Of a stretch of 64,000 bases of DNA, positions 18,504 through 27,265 are shown in pieces. Source of the stretch: Planctomycetota bacterium (GTDB lineage Bacteria; Planctomycetota; SZUA-567; H5-PLA8); contig BTVV01000005.1 in assembly GCA_045863855.1 (NCBI GenBank), forward strand, positions 1-64,000, written 5' to 3'. The translations under genes and the position numbers were made by a program. How positions within the stretch are numbered: position 1 is the stretch's first letter; each line of letters opens with the position of its first letter. A model generated the notes under the pieces. The model was not told where the DNA came from. It did not search any database and saw only the letters and a list, made by a program, of their open reading frames with translations.

Positions 18504-19724
18504 CTATTCGGCGGCGATCGTGCCGACCAGGTCCTTGATGGCGCGTTCGAGCGCTTCGCTGCTGACGGGTTTGACGAGGTAGCGCAGCTTGGGGTAGGTG
18601 GCGACGACGAACTCGTCCTTGAGCTGGTCGTAAGCCGAGCAGATGACGATGGGCAAATCCATGCTCTGGTCGACCATGCGCTGCAGGACTTCGAGGCCGT
18701 GGAGTCCGGGCATCTTCATGTCGAGGATGGCGAGCGTGAGTCCGCCCTGCTGAATGCGCTTCCAGGCTTCGTTGCCGTCGCTGGCTTCGATCACGGAGTA
18801 GCCCAAGCGTTCGATGGTCAGGCGGAAGACGATGCGGATGCGTTTGTCGTCGTCCGCGAGGAGCACGCGGGGCTTGGAGTCGGCAGTTCCGCCGACGCCG
18901 CCGGCGGGCCGGCTGCCGAAGAAGACTTCGTCGCGATCGGCGGTGCCTGCGACGCCGCCGGAACGAACCTTGGGCGCATCGATCGCGGCGTTGCCGGAAT
19001 TGCTTTCGGACGGGCGCGGCATCGCTCCGGGCACCTGCGGACGCGGCAACCCCTGCACGACGGTGTTGCTGACGCGCGTGCCCTGCTGCCCAAGATTCGG
19101 TTTCGTCACCGCGGCGTGGCGGCTTCCCGAGCCGACGGGGCCTGCGGTCTGGTGGCGCGAGCCCGATCCGGGGACCGGAGGCGCGGCGGGGGCCGACGGA
19201 ATCGCCGGCGCGGGCGGCAAGGTGACTTGCCCGCTGACCGTCACCGTCGGTCCCGGCGGGGGCGCGGCGACGGGCTGCACGCCGGAGACCGGCTGTCCGC
19301 CGCTGGGACGCAAGCCCACGGGCTGATCCTCGAAACCCATCGCGAAGGGCGAACGCAAGCGGCGCGTGACGCGCACGCCCGTTTCGGCGGCAGCAGGTTG
19401 AGCCGCCGGTTCTTCGGCCAGTAAATCCTGCAAAAAGGTATTGATCTGATTGGGGTGATAGCCCGTCGCCTTCAGATCGTTTTCGATCAGGTCGATGACG
19501 ATCTTCTTTTCTTCTTCGTTGGCGACAATGGCGTTCAATACGGCGCGCATCTGGAACATCGGCATGCGCCGCGCTTCGTATTCGCTTACCAGCACGAGCG
19601 CTTTCGTCTCGCGGCTGAGCGATTTTAAAACATTATCCGTACTCACCCATAGACTCCCAAAGTCAGCCTGCACCTTGTTATACGCAACCATTATACCAGT
19701 TGGCCACTCGGGTGAGTAGGCCAT
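18504..19724 (-). CDS. response regulator with C-terminal receiver domain
   Basis: C-terminal VLLADDD...ILDMKMPG...ICSA...LVKP receiver; N-terminal helical domain and long Pro/Gly linker. Start could be 19691. Confidence 0.8.
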   Translation of the reverse strand: MAYSPEWPTGIMVAYNKVQADFGSLWVSTDNVLKSLSRETKALVLVSEYEARRMPMFQMRAVLNAIVANEEEKKIVIDLIENDLKATGYHPNQINTFLQDLLAEEPAAQPAAAETGVRVTRRLRSPFAMGFEDQPVGLRPSGGQPVSGVQPVAAPPPGPTVTVSGQVTLPPAPAIPSAPAAPPVPGSGSRHQTAGPVGSGSRHAAVTKPNLGQQGTRVSNTVVQGLPRPQVPGAMPRPSESNSGNAAIDAPKVRSGGVAGTADRDEVFFGSRPAGGVGGTADSKPRVLLADDDKRIRIVFRLTIERLGYSVIEASDGNEAWKRIQQGGLTLAILDMKMPGLHGLEVLQRMVDQSMDLPIVICSAYDQLKDEFVVATYPKLRYLVKPVSSEALERAIKDLVGTIAAE

Positions 19725-19974
19725 CGGCTGCGCATGTGGGGCCGGAAACCCGAATACGTATCGACTACTTTTACCCGAAAGTCGAGTGTATCCCGATACG
19801 CAATCTGCAAATCCGTGTCGTTTGGAGCGCCAGGCTCTATCGGCCTAGGCCCAAGAGAGTCGCCACCGGTTGCCTCGATTGCACGAGTGAATCGTTTTGA
19901 GAAGTATTGCACCATCAAGAGACGGTCTTTAATCGAACAATTTGCATTCGAAATGTCGCAAAAAGTAACGGACC

Positions 19975-20988
19975 TCAGGGGGCTGCCACGGGTTCGGGCG
20001 GTGTTTTCGAGGCCGGGACCGCCTTGGCAAAACGCTCTAATCGGCGCTGCCAGTACTCTTTATTGTAGGCGCCCATATCCGGCGGGCGCATGGCGATGGC
20101 TTTGTGGAGCGCTTCGAGTGCTTCGACGGGCCGGCCGGCGTACGCGTAGGCTTCGGCGAGGGTATCCCAGTTGTTGTAGTTATCGGGGCCGATCTCGACA
20201 CAGAGGCGCGCGGAGAGGACGGCTTTCTCGGGGGGGAGCTTGCGTTCGGCGGTCTTGATGGCGGAACACCACGCGACGGCGTTGAAGAGATCGCCGAGGG
20301 CCTCGAGTTTGCCGAGGGTGCGGAAGTAGTCGCCTCCGCGCAGCGCGTCGTCGGGAAGCTTGTGCCAGTTGCGGAACTCGTCTTCGGTGAAGATGCGCCC
20401 GCGCAGGGTGGCTTCGAGGTTGAGCTTGGTTTCTCCGTCGTCGTAGCGCAGGAAAATGTGCTGCGGCGCGTGGACGGGATACACCGGCAGCCCCGCGGCT
20501 TCGGCGAGGCAGAGGTAGACGAGCGAGAGCCCGAGGCAGACGCCCTGCTTGCGCTCCAGCACCGCGTGCGGGAAGTACTGGTCGGGGTGTTCTTCTTCGG
20601 GCTTCAAGTCTATCGCGGTGCGTAACTGGAGCTTCTGGTAGAGCAGGCGGTTGGCGGCTTCGATGCGCGCGCGCGGCGTGCGCGCTTCGGCAAGATCTTC
20701 TTTCAATGCTTTGGCGTGCCGATCGAATGCGCCGCGTATCTCGCGTTCGCGCTCGGCGTCCAGTTCGGGGTAAATCTCGCGCGCGACGGTCAGGCTGAGG
20801 TCGAGGTAGGTGTGCGACTTGGAATCGGCGCGAAGCTGGCGTACGAGCGCGGCGAAGGGATCTTCGGCCAGACTTGCAGCCGGCGCGGGCGTATCCGGCG
20901 CGCCGGCGTGCACGCGCCACGCCGCCAGCAGCACGGCTCCCAGCAAGAGCGCGCGCGGCCCTCTTCCCCATCGCGGCAGCCGGTGCAT
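19975..20988 (-). CDS. exported SirB1/transglutaminase-like protein with TPR
   Basis: VLERKQGVCLGLSLVYL...APQHIFLRY; C-terminal WDTLAEAYAYAGRPVEA TPR; N-terminal signal peptide. Confidence 0.75.
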   Translation of the reverse strand: MHRLPRWGRGPRALLLGAVLLAAWRVHAGAPDTPAPAASLAEDPFAALVRQLRADSKSHTYLDLSLTVAREIYPELDAEREREIRGAFDRHAKALKEDLAEARTPRARIEAANRLLYQKLQLRTAIDLKPEEEHPDQYFPHAVLERKQGVCLGLSLVYLCLAEAAGLPVYPVHAPQHIFLRYDDGETKLNLEATLRGRIFTEDEFRNWHKLPDDALRGGDYFRTLGKLEALGDLFNAVAWCSAIKTAERKLPPEKAVLSARLCVEIGPDNYNNWDTLAEAYAYAGRPVEALEALHKAIAMRPPDMGAYNKEYWQRRLERFAKAVPASKTPPEPVAAP

Positions 20989-21180
20989 GGCTTCGAGCGG
21001 CGCTCCCCGCGAGCCCCCCGCGGGCTCGATACCGATACGACGATTATAGAACCGGGGATACTCGGAGGCTCTAGGGAAATTTGCGGAAGTATCGGCTTAC
21101 GCACCGGAAGAAGGCGGCTGACCGGGCTTAGGCGCAAATCCATGCTCGGGGAGCGCGCTTCGCGCGCATAGTCTCGTTCG

Positions 21181-21211
21181 CCTCCCCTGCCCCGCCTTGG
21201 CAATGAGGGGA
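21181..21211. repeat. REP-like palindrome
   Basis: CCTCCCCTGCCCCGCCTTGGCAATGAGGGGA. Confidence 0.7.
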
Positions 21212-21272
21212 GACGGCTCACGGCAAGAACTCAACCCGATACGCTGCCCGTTGATACAAGCGGCGTCCCTAT

Positions 21273-24200
21273 TCAACGGTCCGCCAGAAAGGCCTCGACA
21301 TCGGCGGCCAGTTGGGCCGGATCGTGGGCTTTGCGGGCCTGGACGGGCAGGGCGCGCAGGAAGGCCGCTCCGTAGCGTTTGGTGAGGACGCGCTTGTCGC
21401 CCAGGATCACGACACCGCGGTCGCGGCGTGAACGGATCAGCCGCCCGAAGCCCTGGCGCAGACGCAGGATCGCGTTGGGCACGCTGAAGTGCAGGAACGG
21501 GTCTTTGCCTTGGGCTTCGAGGAGTTCGCAGCGGCCTTCGACGAGCGGATCGGTAAAGACCGCGAAGGGAAGCTTGGCGATGACCAGGAGCGAGAGCGCT
21601 TCGCCCTGCACGTCCACGCCTTCCCAGAAGCTGCTGGTGCCAAGCAGGACGGTGCGTGGATCGTTCTTGAGTTTGGCGAGGAGCGCCTCGCGGCTGCCGT
21701 CCTCGCCTTGCGCGACGACTTCGAGGCCTTCGGGTCCGAGGGTGCGCTTGAGCTGTTCGGCGTTGCGCTTAAGCGATTCGTAGCTGGTGTACAGCGCAAG
21801 GGTTCGGCCGCCTGCGGCCAGGGCCAGGGGCGCGATCAGACTGGCCAGCCCTTCGTTGAAGGCGCGTTCGCGCCCGCCGCCGGGTTCGGGGAGGAAGGTC
21901 GGAACGTACAGGCGGCACTGGTTCTCGTAGTCGAACGGGCTGCCTTCGAGGAGTTCGTCGAGTTCGTCCTTTGCGCAGAGCGATAGGCCGAGGCGGAGCT
22001 TGAGGAATTCGAAGGACTTGGGATGGGGCGGTGCAGCCCTTTCGGATTTTGGGTTTCGGATTTCGGATTGCGAATCGCTTTCGACTTCGTGCTTGCGCGG
22101 GAGGCGCAGCGGAGCAAAGCCTGATCCGTCGGCCTGAGTATCGCGCACCGATAGGGTGGCGCTGGAGAGGATCACGCTGCGCTTCTTGGCGTAGAGTTGT
22201 TCGTGCAGGAGCGCGGAGAGGTCCAGCGGCGCGCCGACGACGCGCAGGGCGCGGCGTCCCAAACGTTCCATCCAGTACACGTAATTCGGCTCGTCGGCTT
22301 TGATCACGAATTCCAGATCGGCGATCAATTCCTGCAGGAACAGATTCTGCGCGGAAAGTTCCTTATGCAGCTCGCGGGCGCGCGGCATTTTGTGCTGCTT
22401 CAGTTCCTTGAAATCTTCGTCGAGCCGTCCGAGCGCCTGGCGCAGGCGGCCAAGTCCGGCAATGGCGGCCTCCTTGGATTCGTCGAGAAGATGGCGTTCG
22501 TCGGGGAGCAGCGCGGCGGAGGCGAAGCGGAGCACCGAGCCGGGTTCGCGGCGGTTGGCGCGGCGCGGGGGGCGCTGGAAGGCCGGCGCGCGCGGGGCTT
22601 CTTCGGCGGCGCTCAGCGCGAAAGGATCGTCTTCCCGCGGCGGCCAGCTTTCGCCGCGCCCGGGCTCGCGCGGAACGAACGGGACGGCCGGACCGTCGTC
22701 GGCCTCGCGTTCCTGTCGGCGTTCGAACCACGCGCGGAGGCCGTCGAAGCAGAAGTCGGTGGCTTCGGCGGCGGGCGCGACGGCCTGGATCGCCTGGAGC
22801 GCGTGTTCGTGGATGCTGTCGCGCAGCGGAGCGGGGAGTTCGCCGCGGCCTTGTTCGAGGTGGAAGAGGATCGAAGGGAGCAGGCCCTTGCCGGCGGCGC
22901 TGCCCTGAGGCGCGCGGAAGAGGCGGTTGAGGATCCGGTAGGCGCGGCGCGGAGTCAGCTCGCAGGCCAGAAATTCGGTGGCGACATCTTCGAGCGTGTG
23001 GGCTTCGTCGAAGACGATTTCGCGGTACGGCGGCAAGCTGCCGTGTTCGCGGTTGAGGTCGGAGAAGACGAGCGCATGGTTGCAGACGACGAGGTCGGCG
23101 GTGCGCGCGAGGCCGCGGGCGCGGTAGACGAAGCAGCGGTGGTAAAACGGGCACTGCCGGCCCATGCAATCCTCGCCGACGGTGTGCAGGCGGTCCCAGA
23201 GTTCGGGATGCTGTTCGGGGCTAAAGGCGGCGAGTTCGGCGACGTCGCCTTCTTCGCTGCTCACCGCCCAGTTCATCACCGGAAGCATGGCTTCGCGCTC
23301 TTCGTCGGTCAGTTCGTGCGCGGACTCCTGGAGCGTATACATGAACTTGCGCGCGCAAAGGTAGTTGGGGCGGCCCTTAAGCAGCGCGGCTTCGAACTCC
23401 TCGCCCAGGGCCTCGCGCAGCAGCGGGATGTCCTTATGGAATAGCTGCGCCTGGAGATTCTTCGTGTGCGTGCTGACGACGAGCGGGCGTCCAGCCTGTC
23501 GCGCGAACAGCACCGCCGGAGCGAGGTAGGCCAGCGACTTGCCGACGCCGGTGCCGGCCTCGGCAAGCAGGTGGCGGCCGGCGCCAAAAGCCGCGGCGAC
23601 GCGTTCGGCCATACGGCGCTGCTCGGGGCGTTCTTCGTGGTTGGCCATGCGCTGGGCGAGCTTCCCGCCCGGCCCGAAGAAGGCGTCCAGCGCTTCTATC
23701 GGCACCGCGGGCGGCTCGCCCGCGTCTTCGGTATCGGGCGCGGGCTCGTCGAACGGAATCTGGAGCCGCTCGATAATCTCGCTCTGGTCTTTGAACAGCC
23801 CGGCGAGCGAGAGTTTGCCGCTCTTGCTGGCCGCGCCGAAGCCGGCCTCGACGGCGGCGGACTCGGCGGCCTTGAGCAACGGCTTGAGCGGGTGGCGCGT
23901 GCGAGAGAGGAGCCAGTTCATTTCGGCGAGGACGGGGAGCGGCACGCGGACGAGTTCGGCTTCGAGTTGGGTCCAGAGCGCGGCGAGCGCCTGCGGCGTG
24001 AGGGTTTCTGGGGTGCGCAGATCCGGCGTGAGTAGATCGTCGAAGCGGCGGCAGGCAGTGGGCCGGACGATACGTCCGAGTTCGTCGGCGCCGAGGAGCG
24101 GCGGTCCGAAGCCGCGTGGAAAGCCGGCCTCGCGCGCGGCGCGGGCGAAGATTTCGCGCGCCGGCGCACCTTCGGGAACAATCCAGGCCTCCGCGGCGTC

Positions 24201-24449
24201 GGAGAATTCGACGAGATCCTGGAGCACTTCGCCGAGTTCGGGGGCTTCGTCGAGGGCGGCGTTGGTGAGCCCGCAGGAACGCGCTTGGGCCAGCGTGAGC
24301 CGCTGGGCGGGCTTTGCGAGGCGCTCGAATATCGCTCCGCCGCCGGTTTCGCCCTGGGACGGCCGGCAGGCCGCGAGACGCACCAGCGCACCGGCGCCTT
24401 GCGGCAGGCTGGTGGTGAGAGTCAGGAAGAGCGGATCGTTTTGCAGCAC
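21273..24449 (-). CDS. dinG: DinG/YoaA family Fe-S helicase with N-terminal degenerate DnaQ-like exonuclease domain
   Basis: EAGTGVGKS, KGRPNYLC, CxxxxCxxxxxC, DEAH, SATL, SPFDY, FWEGVDV, QGFGRLIRSRRDRG. Start uncertain (GTG 24449 chosen; ORF open to 24569). Confidence 0.88.
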   Translation of the reverse strand: MLQNDPLFLTLTTSLPQGAGALVRLAACRPSQGETGGGAIFERLAKPAQRLTLAQARSCGLTNAALDEAPELGEVLQDLVEFSDAAEAWIVPEGAPAREIFARAAREAGFPRGFGPPLLGADELGRIVRPTACRRFDDLLTPDLRTPETLTPQALAALWTQLEAELVRVPLPVLAEMNWLLSRTRHPLKPLLKAAESAAVEAGFGAASKSGKLSLAGLFKDQSEIIERLQIPFDEPAPDTEDAGEPPAVPIEALDAFFGPGGKLAQRMANHEERPEQRRMAERVAAAFGAGRHLLAEAGTGVGKSLAYLAPAVLFARQAGRPLVVSTHTKNLQAQLFHKDIPLLREALGEEFEAALLKGRPNYLCARKFMYTLQESAHELTDEEREAMLPVMNWAVSSEEGDVAELAAFSPEQHPELWDRLHTVGEDCMGRQCPFYHRCFVYRARGLARTADLVVCNHALVFSDLNREHGSLPPYREIVFDEAHTLEDVATEFLACELTPRRAYRILNRLFRAPQGSAAGKGLLPSILFHLEQGRGELPAPLRDSIHEHALQAIQAVAPAAEATDFCFDGLRAWFERRQEREADDGPAVPFVPREPGRGESWPPREDDPFALSAAEEAPRAPAFQRPPRRANRREPGSVLRFASAALLPDERHLLDESKEAAIAGLGRLRQALGRLDEDFKELKQHKMPRARELHKELSAQNLFLQELIADLEFVIKADEPNYVYWMERLGRRALRVVGAPLDLSALLHEQLYAKKRSVILSSATLSVRDTQADGSGFAPLRLPRKHEVESDSQSEIRNPKSERAAPPHPKSFEFLKLRLGLSLCAKDELDELLEGSPFDYENQCRLYVPTFLPEPGGGRERAFNEGLASLIAPLALAAGGRTLALYTSYESLKRNAEQLKRTLGPEGLEVVAQGEDGSREALLAKLKNDPRTVLLGTSSFWEGVDVQGEALSLLVIAKLPFAVFTDPLVEGRCELLEAQGKDPFLHFSVPNAILRLRQGFGRLIRSRRDRGVVILGDKRVLTKRYGAAFLRALPVQARKAHDPAQLAADVEAFLADR

Positions 24450-24613
24450 GGTCGCGAACGGCTCCACAGGATCGATCCGGCGTATGGTACCCGGTTTCCC
24501 GAAACGGCCCGCGCGAAAGGCGTTGCTTGCGCCGTGCCGGTGCCTCATACTTTTAAGGAGCGGGCGCAAGCAGAACTTGCCGCACCGCCCCGGGAGGACG
24601 CGTACCGCCGTTC

Positions 24614-26014
24614 ATGAGCGATAAAAAAGACCGCATCCACATTCGCCTTAAGGACCGACAGTTCAGCGTCGACCGCGAGGCGGCCATCCTGGTGGGAGGT
24701 TACCAGCCGGGCGAACTGATGACCGGCGAGGAACCGCTGGAGGAACTCGAACGCCTGGCCGACACGGCCGGTGCGCGCGTGGTCGGCCGCGTGGTCCAGC
24801 ACATCAAGAAGGTGCACCCCGGAACGTATATCGGCTCCGGGAAAGCCGAAGAGCTGAAGGAACTCGTCGAGAAGCTGAAGGCAAAGACGATCATCTTCGA
24901 CCACGACCTCACGCCCGCGCAGGGGCGCAACCTCGACAAGCTGAGCGGGGCGAAGGTGCTGGACCGTACCGACCTGATCCTCGATATCTTCGCCTCCCGC
25001 GCGCGCACGCACACCTCGAAGATCCAGGTGGACCTCGCGATGCAGGAGTACCGCCTGCCTCGGCTGCGGCGCTTGTGGACGCACTTGGAGCGGCAAACCG
25101 GCGGCATCGGGATGCGCGGCGGCCCCGGCGAACGGCAACTCGAGACGGACAAGCGCAAACTGGTGAAGCGCATCGGCGAACTGAAGGACGAGCTGAGCGT
25201 GATCGAGAAGCGCAAGGAGCGCATGGTCCAGGCGCGTTCGCGCGAGCACTTCCTGGTCAGTCTGGTCGGCTACACGAACGCCGGCAAGAGCACGCTGATG
25301 CGATCGCTGACCGGCGAAGACGTCTTCGTCGAGGACAAGCTCTTCGCTACGCTGGACACGAAGACCGCGGGCCTCTCGCTGGGCGGCGGGATCAAAGTGC
25401 TGATCTCCGACACCGTCGGCTTCATCCGGCGCTTGCCGCACAAGCTGGTGGCGAGCTTCCATGCAACGCTGGAAGAAGCGCGGCACGCGGATCTGCTGCT
25501 GCATGTCGTCGACGCCAGTTCGCCGCAGGTGCGCGAGCAGATGCGCGCGGTCGAGGACGTACTCAAGGAACTGGGCTGCCAGGAAGTCGAAGTGCTGCGC
25601 GTCTTCAACAAGGTGGACCGCTTGAAGCCCGAGCAGGAGTTCGATTTCCGCGTGCTCTGCACCGAGTACCCGAATTCGATCGGGATCTCGGCGCTGCGCA
25701 AGCAGGGGCTGGACCAGTTGAAGGCCGAGATTCGCCGTCGCGCGCGGGCGAGCGGCTTGCCGGCAACGATCGCGGTTCATGTCGGCGACGGGAAGAACCT
25801 CGCGTTCCTCGCGCGCCACTTTTTCGAAGACGAGCGGACCATCGATGGCGACTGGATCACCTTTAAAGGCCGCGCGCCCGCTCAAGCGCTGGACCGCCTG
25901 TCCGGCGCGGGACCGACGGTGAAGATCCTGGCAGGCTGGCCGCCACCGGGCGCCTTCGACGCGTGGCGCGACGGGACCGAAGTTCCGCAGCCGGCATCCG
26001 AAGGCACTTCCTAA
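24614..26014 (+). CDS. hflX: ribosome-splitting GTPase HflX
   Basis: EELERLADTAG, DRTDLILDIF, RGGPGERQLETD, GYTNAGKST, LFATLD, DTVGF, NKVD. Confidence 0.96.
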   Translation: MSDKKDRIHIRLKDRQFSVDREAAILVGGYQPGELMTGEEPLEELERLADTAGARVVGRVVQHIKKVHPGTYIGSGKAEELKELVEKLKAKTIIFDHDLTPAQGRNLDKLSGAKVLDRTDLILDIFASRARTHTSKIQVDLAMQEYRLPRLRRLWTHLERQTGGIGMRGGPGERQLETDKRKLVKRIGELKDELSVIEKRKERMVQARSREHFLVSLVGYTNAGKSTLMRSLTGEDVFVEDKLFATLDTKTAGLSLGGGIKVLISDTVGFIRRLPHKLVASFHATLEEARHADLLLHVVDASSPQVREQMRAVEDVLKELGCQEVEVLRVFNKVDRLKPEQEFDFRVLCTEYPNSIGISALRKQGLDQLKAEIRRRARASGLPATIAVHVGDGKNLAFLARHFFEDERTIDGDWITFKGRAPAQALDRLSGAGPTVKILAGWPPPGAFDAWRDGTEVPQPASEGTS

Positions 26015-26184
26015 ACGGGCTGCACCGTCCGGCGCGCCGATCCGACTAATATAAGGTAGCGCGGATTCGTCGCAGCCTCGCGCGGGCTTGGAATGACCCT
26101 ATCATTCCCCAAACCAGCAGTGACGGGACGAGCATCCGACGGGTTGACCTGATAGGGTATGGGGCGCCCGTGAGGAGTCCGAGT

Positions 26185-27234
26185 ATGCGAATCGTCTGGA
26201 ACGTGGTGCTGGGTTTGAGCTTGGCGTGCGCGGCCTCCGTGCAGGCCGATACCGTATTTTTGAACAGCGGGCTGAAGCTGGAAGGGAAGATCTGGCGCGA
26301 GACGCCGGAGTTTATCGTGTTGCTGGTGTACCAGGAAGCCGGACGCGTGCGGATTCCGCGGGATCAGATCAAGAGCATCGAATACGACTTGGCGAGCCGG
26401 CTGGAAGACTTGGCCGAGGACGACTGGAAGGGCCATTACGAGCTGGGCGTCTGGGCGTTCGAGAAGGGCATGTACGTCGAAGCGATCGCACAATTCGAAA
26501 AGGTGAAGGGCAAAGAAGGAGCCGGGACCGACACGTGCAAGCGGCTGGGCCAGTCGTACGACAAGCGCGAGCAATCGGACAAAGCGTACGAAGCCTTCAA
26601 GGAGTACCTGCTGGTCGCACCCGAAGACCAAGAGATCGCGGCGCGCTTGAAGGAACTGGAGAAGGTGTTGGGCCTGGAGAAGCCGGTAGCGGTGAACGAT
26701 CCGGCCAAGGTCGCGCCCAAGCAGGATACCGGGCTGGAAGCGACATGGAATTGGAAGCAGGACACGTGGAAAGATTACAACGCGTGCGTGGTTTCGGTGC
26801 AGCACGATAACGCGACGGGCAACAAAACGATCGCGGTGCAGACCGAAGCGGGGAACAAGGATAAGTTCGCAATCTCGGGGACCGGCAAGTCGCCGCTGGA
26901 CCTGAGCACGCACAAGGAGATCGTCTTCAAGGTCTTCCACAACAACAACCGCCCGCTGCTGATGGCGGTGGCGTTCAAGAACAAGGCCAACGAGTTCTAC
27001 GAGTCGATGCAGCAGCGCGTTCCGCCGAACGCGTGGACGACGGTGACGATCCCGATCGGCGAGAAGAAGTTCAAGAGCACGCGGAACAACTTCGAAGGCT
27101 ACACCGACAGCTTGGGCGGCGCGGACCACATCCGCGAAGTCGAGTTCCTGGTGTACGAGCAGAGCAAGTTCCTGTTGTACTTCGATTTCATTTACTTCCT
27201 CGAAGGCAAGGCCGAAGAGAAGAAAAAGGAATAG
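26185..27234 (+). CDS. secreted TPR protein with C-terminal carbohydrate-binding-like domain
   Basis: GAGGAG RBS; signal peptide ending VQA; DTVFLNSG..LEGKI N-domain; TPR helices; LDLSTHKEIVF...WTTVTIP...LYFDFI jelly-roll-like end. Confidence 0.7.
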   Translation: MRIVWNVVLGLSLACAASVQADTVFLNSGLKLEGKIWRETPEFIVLLVYQEAGRVRIPRDQIKSIEYDLASRLEDLAEDDWKGHYELGVWAFEKGMYVEAIAQFEKVKGKEGAGTDTCKRLGQSYDKREQSDKAYEAFKEYLLVAPEDQEIAARLKELEKVLGLEKPVAVNDPAKVAPKQDTGLEATWNWKQDTWKDYNACVVSVQHDNATGNKTIAVQTEAGNKDKFAISGTGKSPLDLSTHKEIVFKVFHNNNRPLLMAVAFKNKANEFYESMQQRVPPNAWTTVTIPIGEKKFKSTRNNFEGYTDSLGGADHIREVEFLVYEQSKFLLYFDFIYFLEGKAEEKKKE

Positions 27235-27265
27235 CGCGCCGCGCAAGCGGAAGCGAGGGGGGGAC

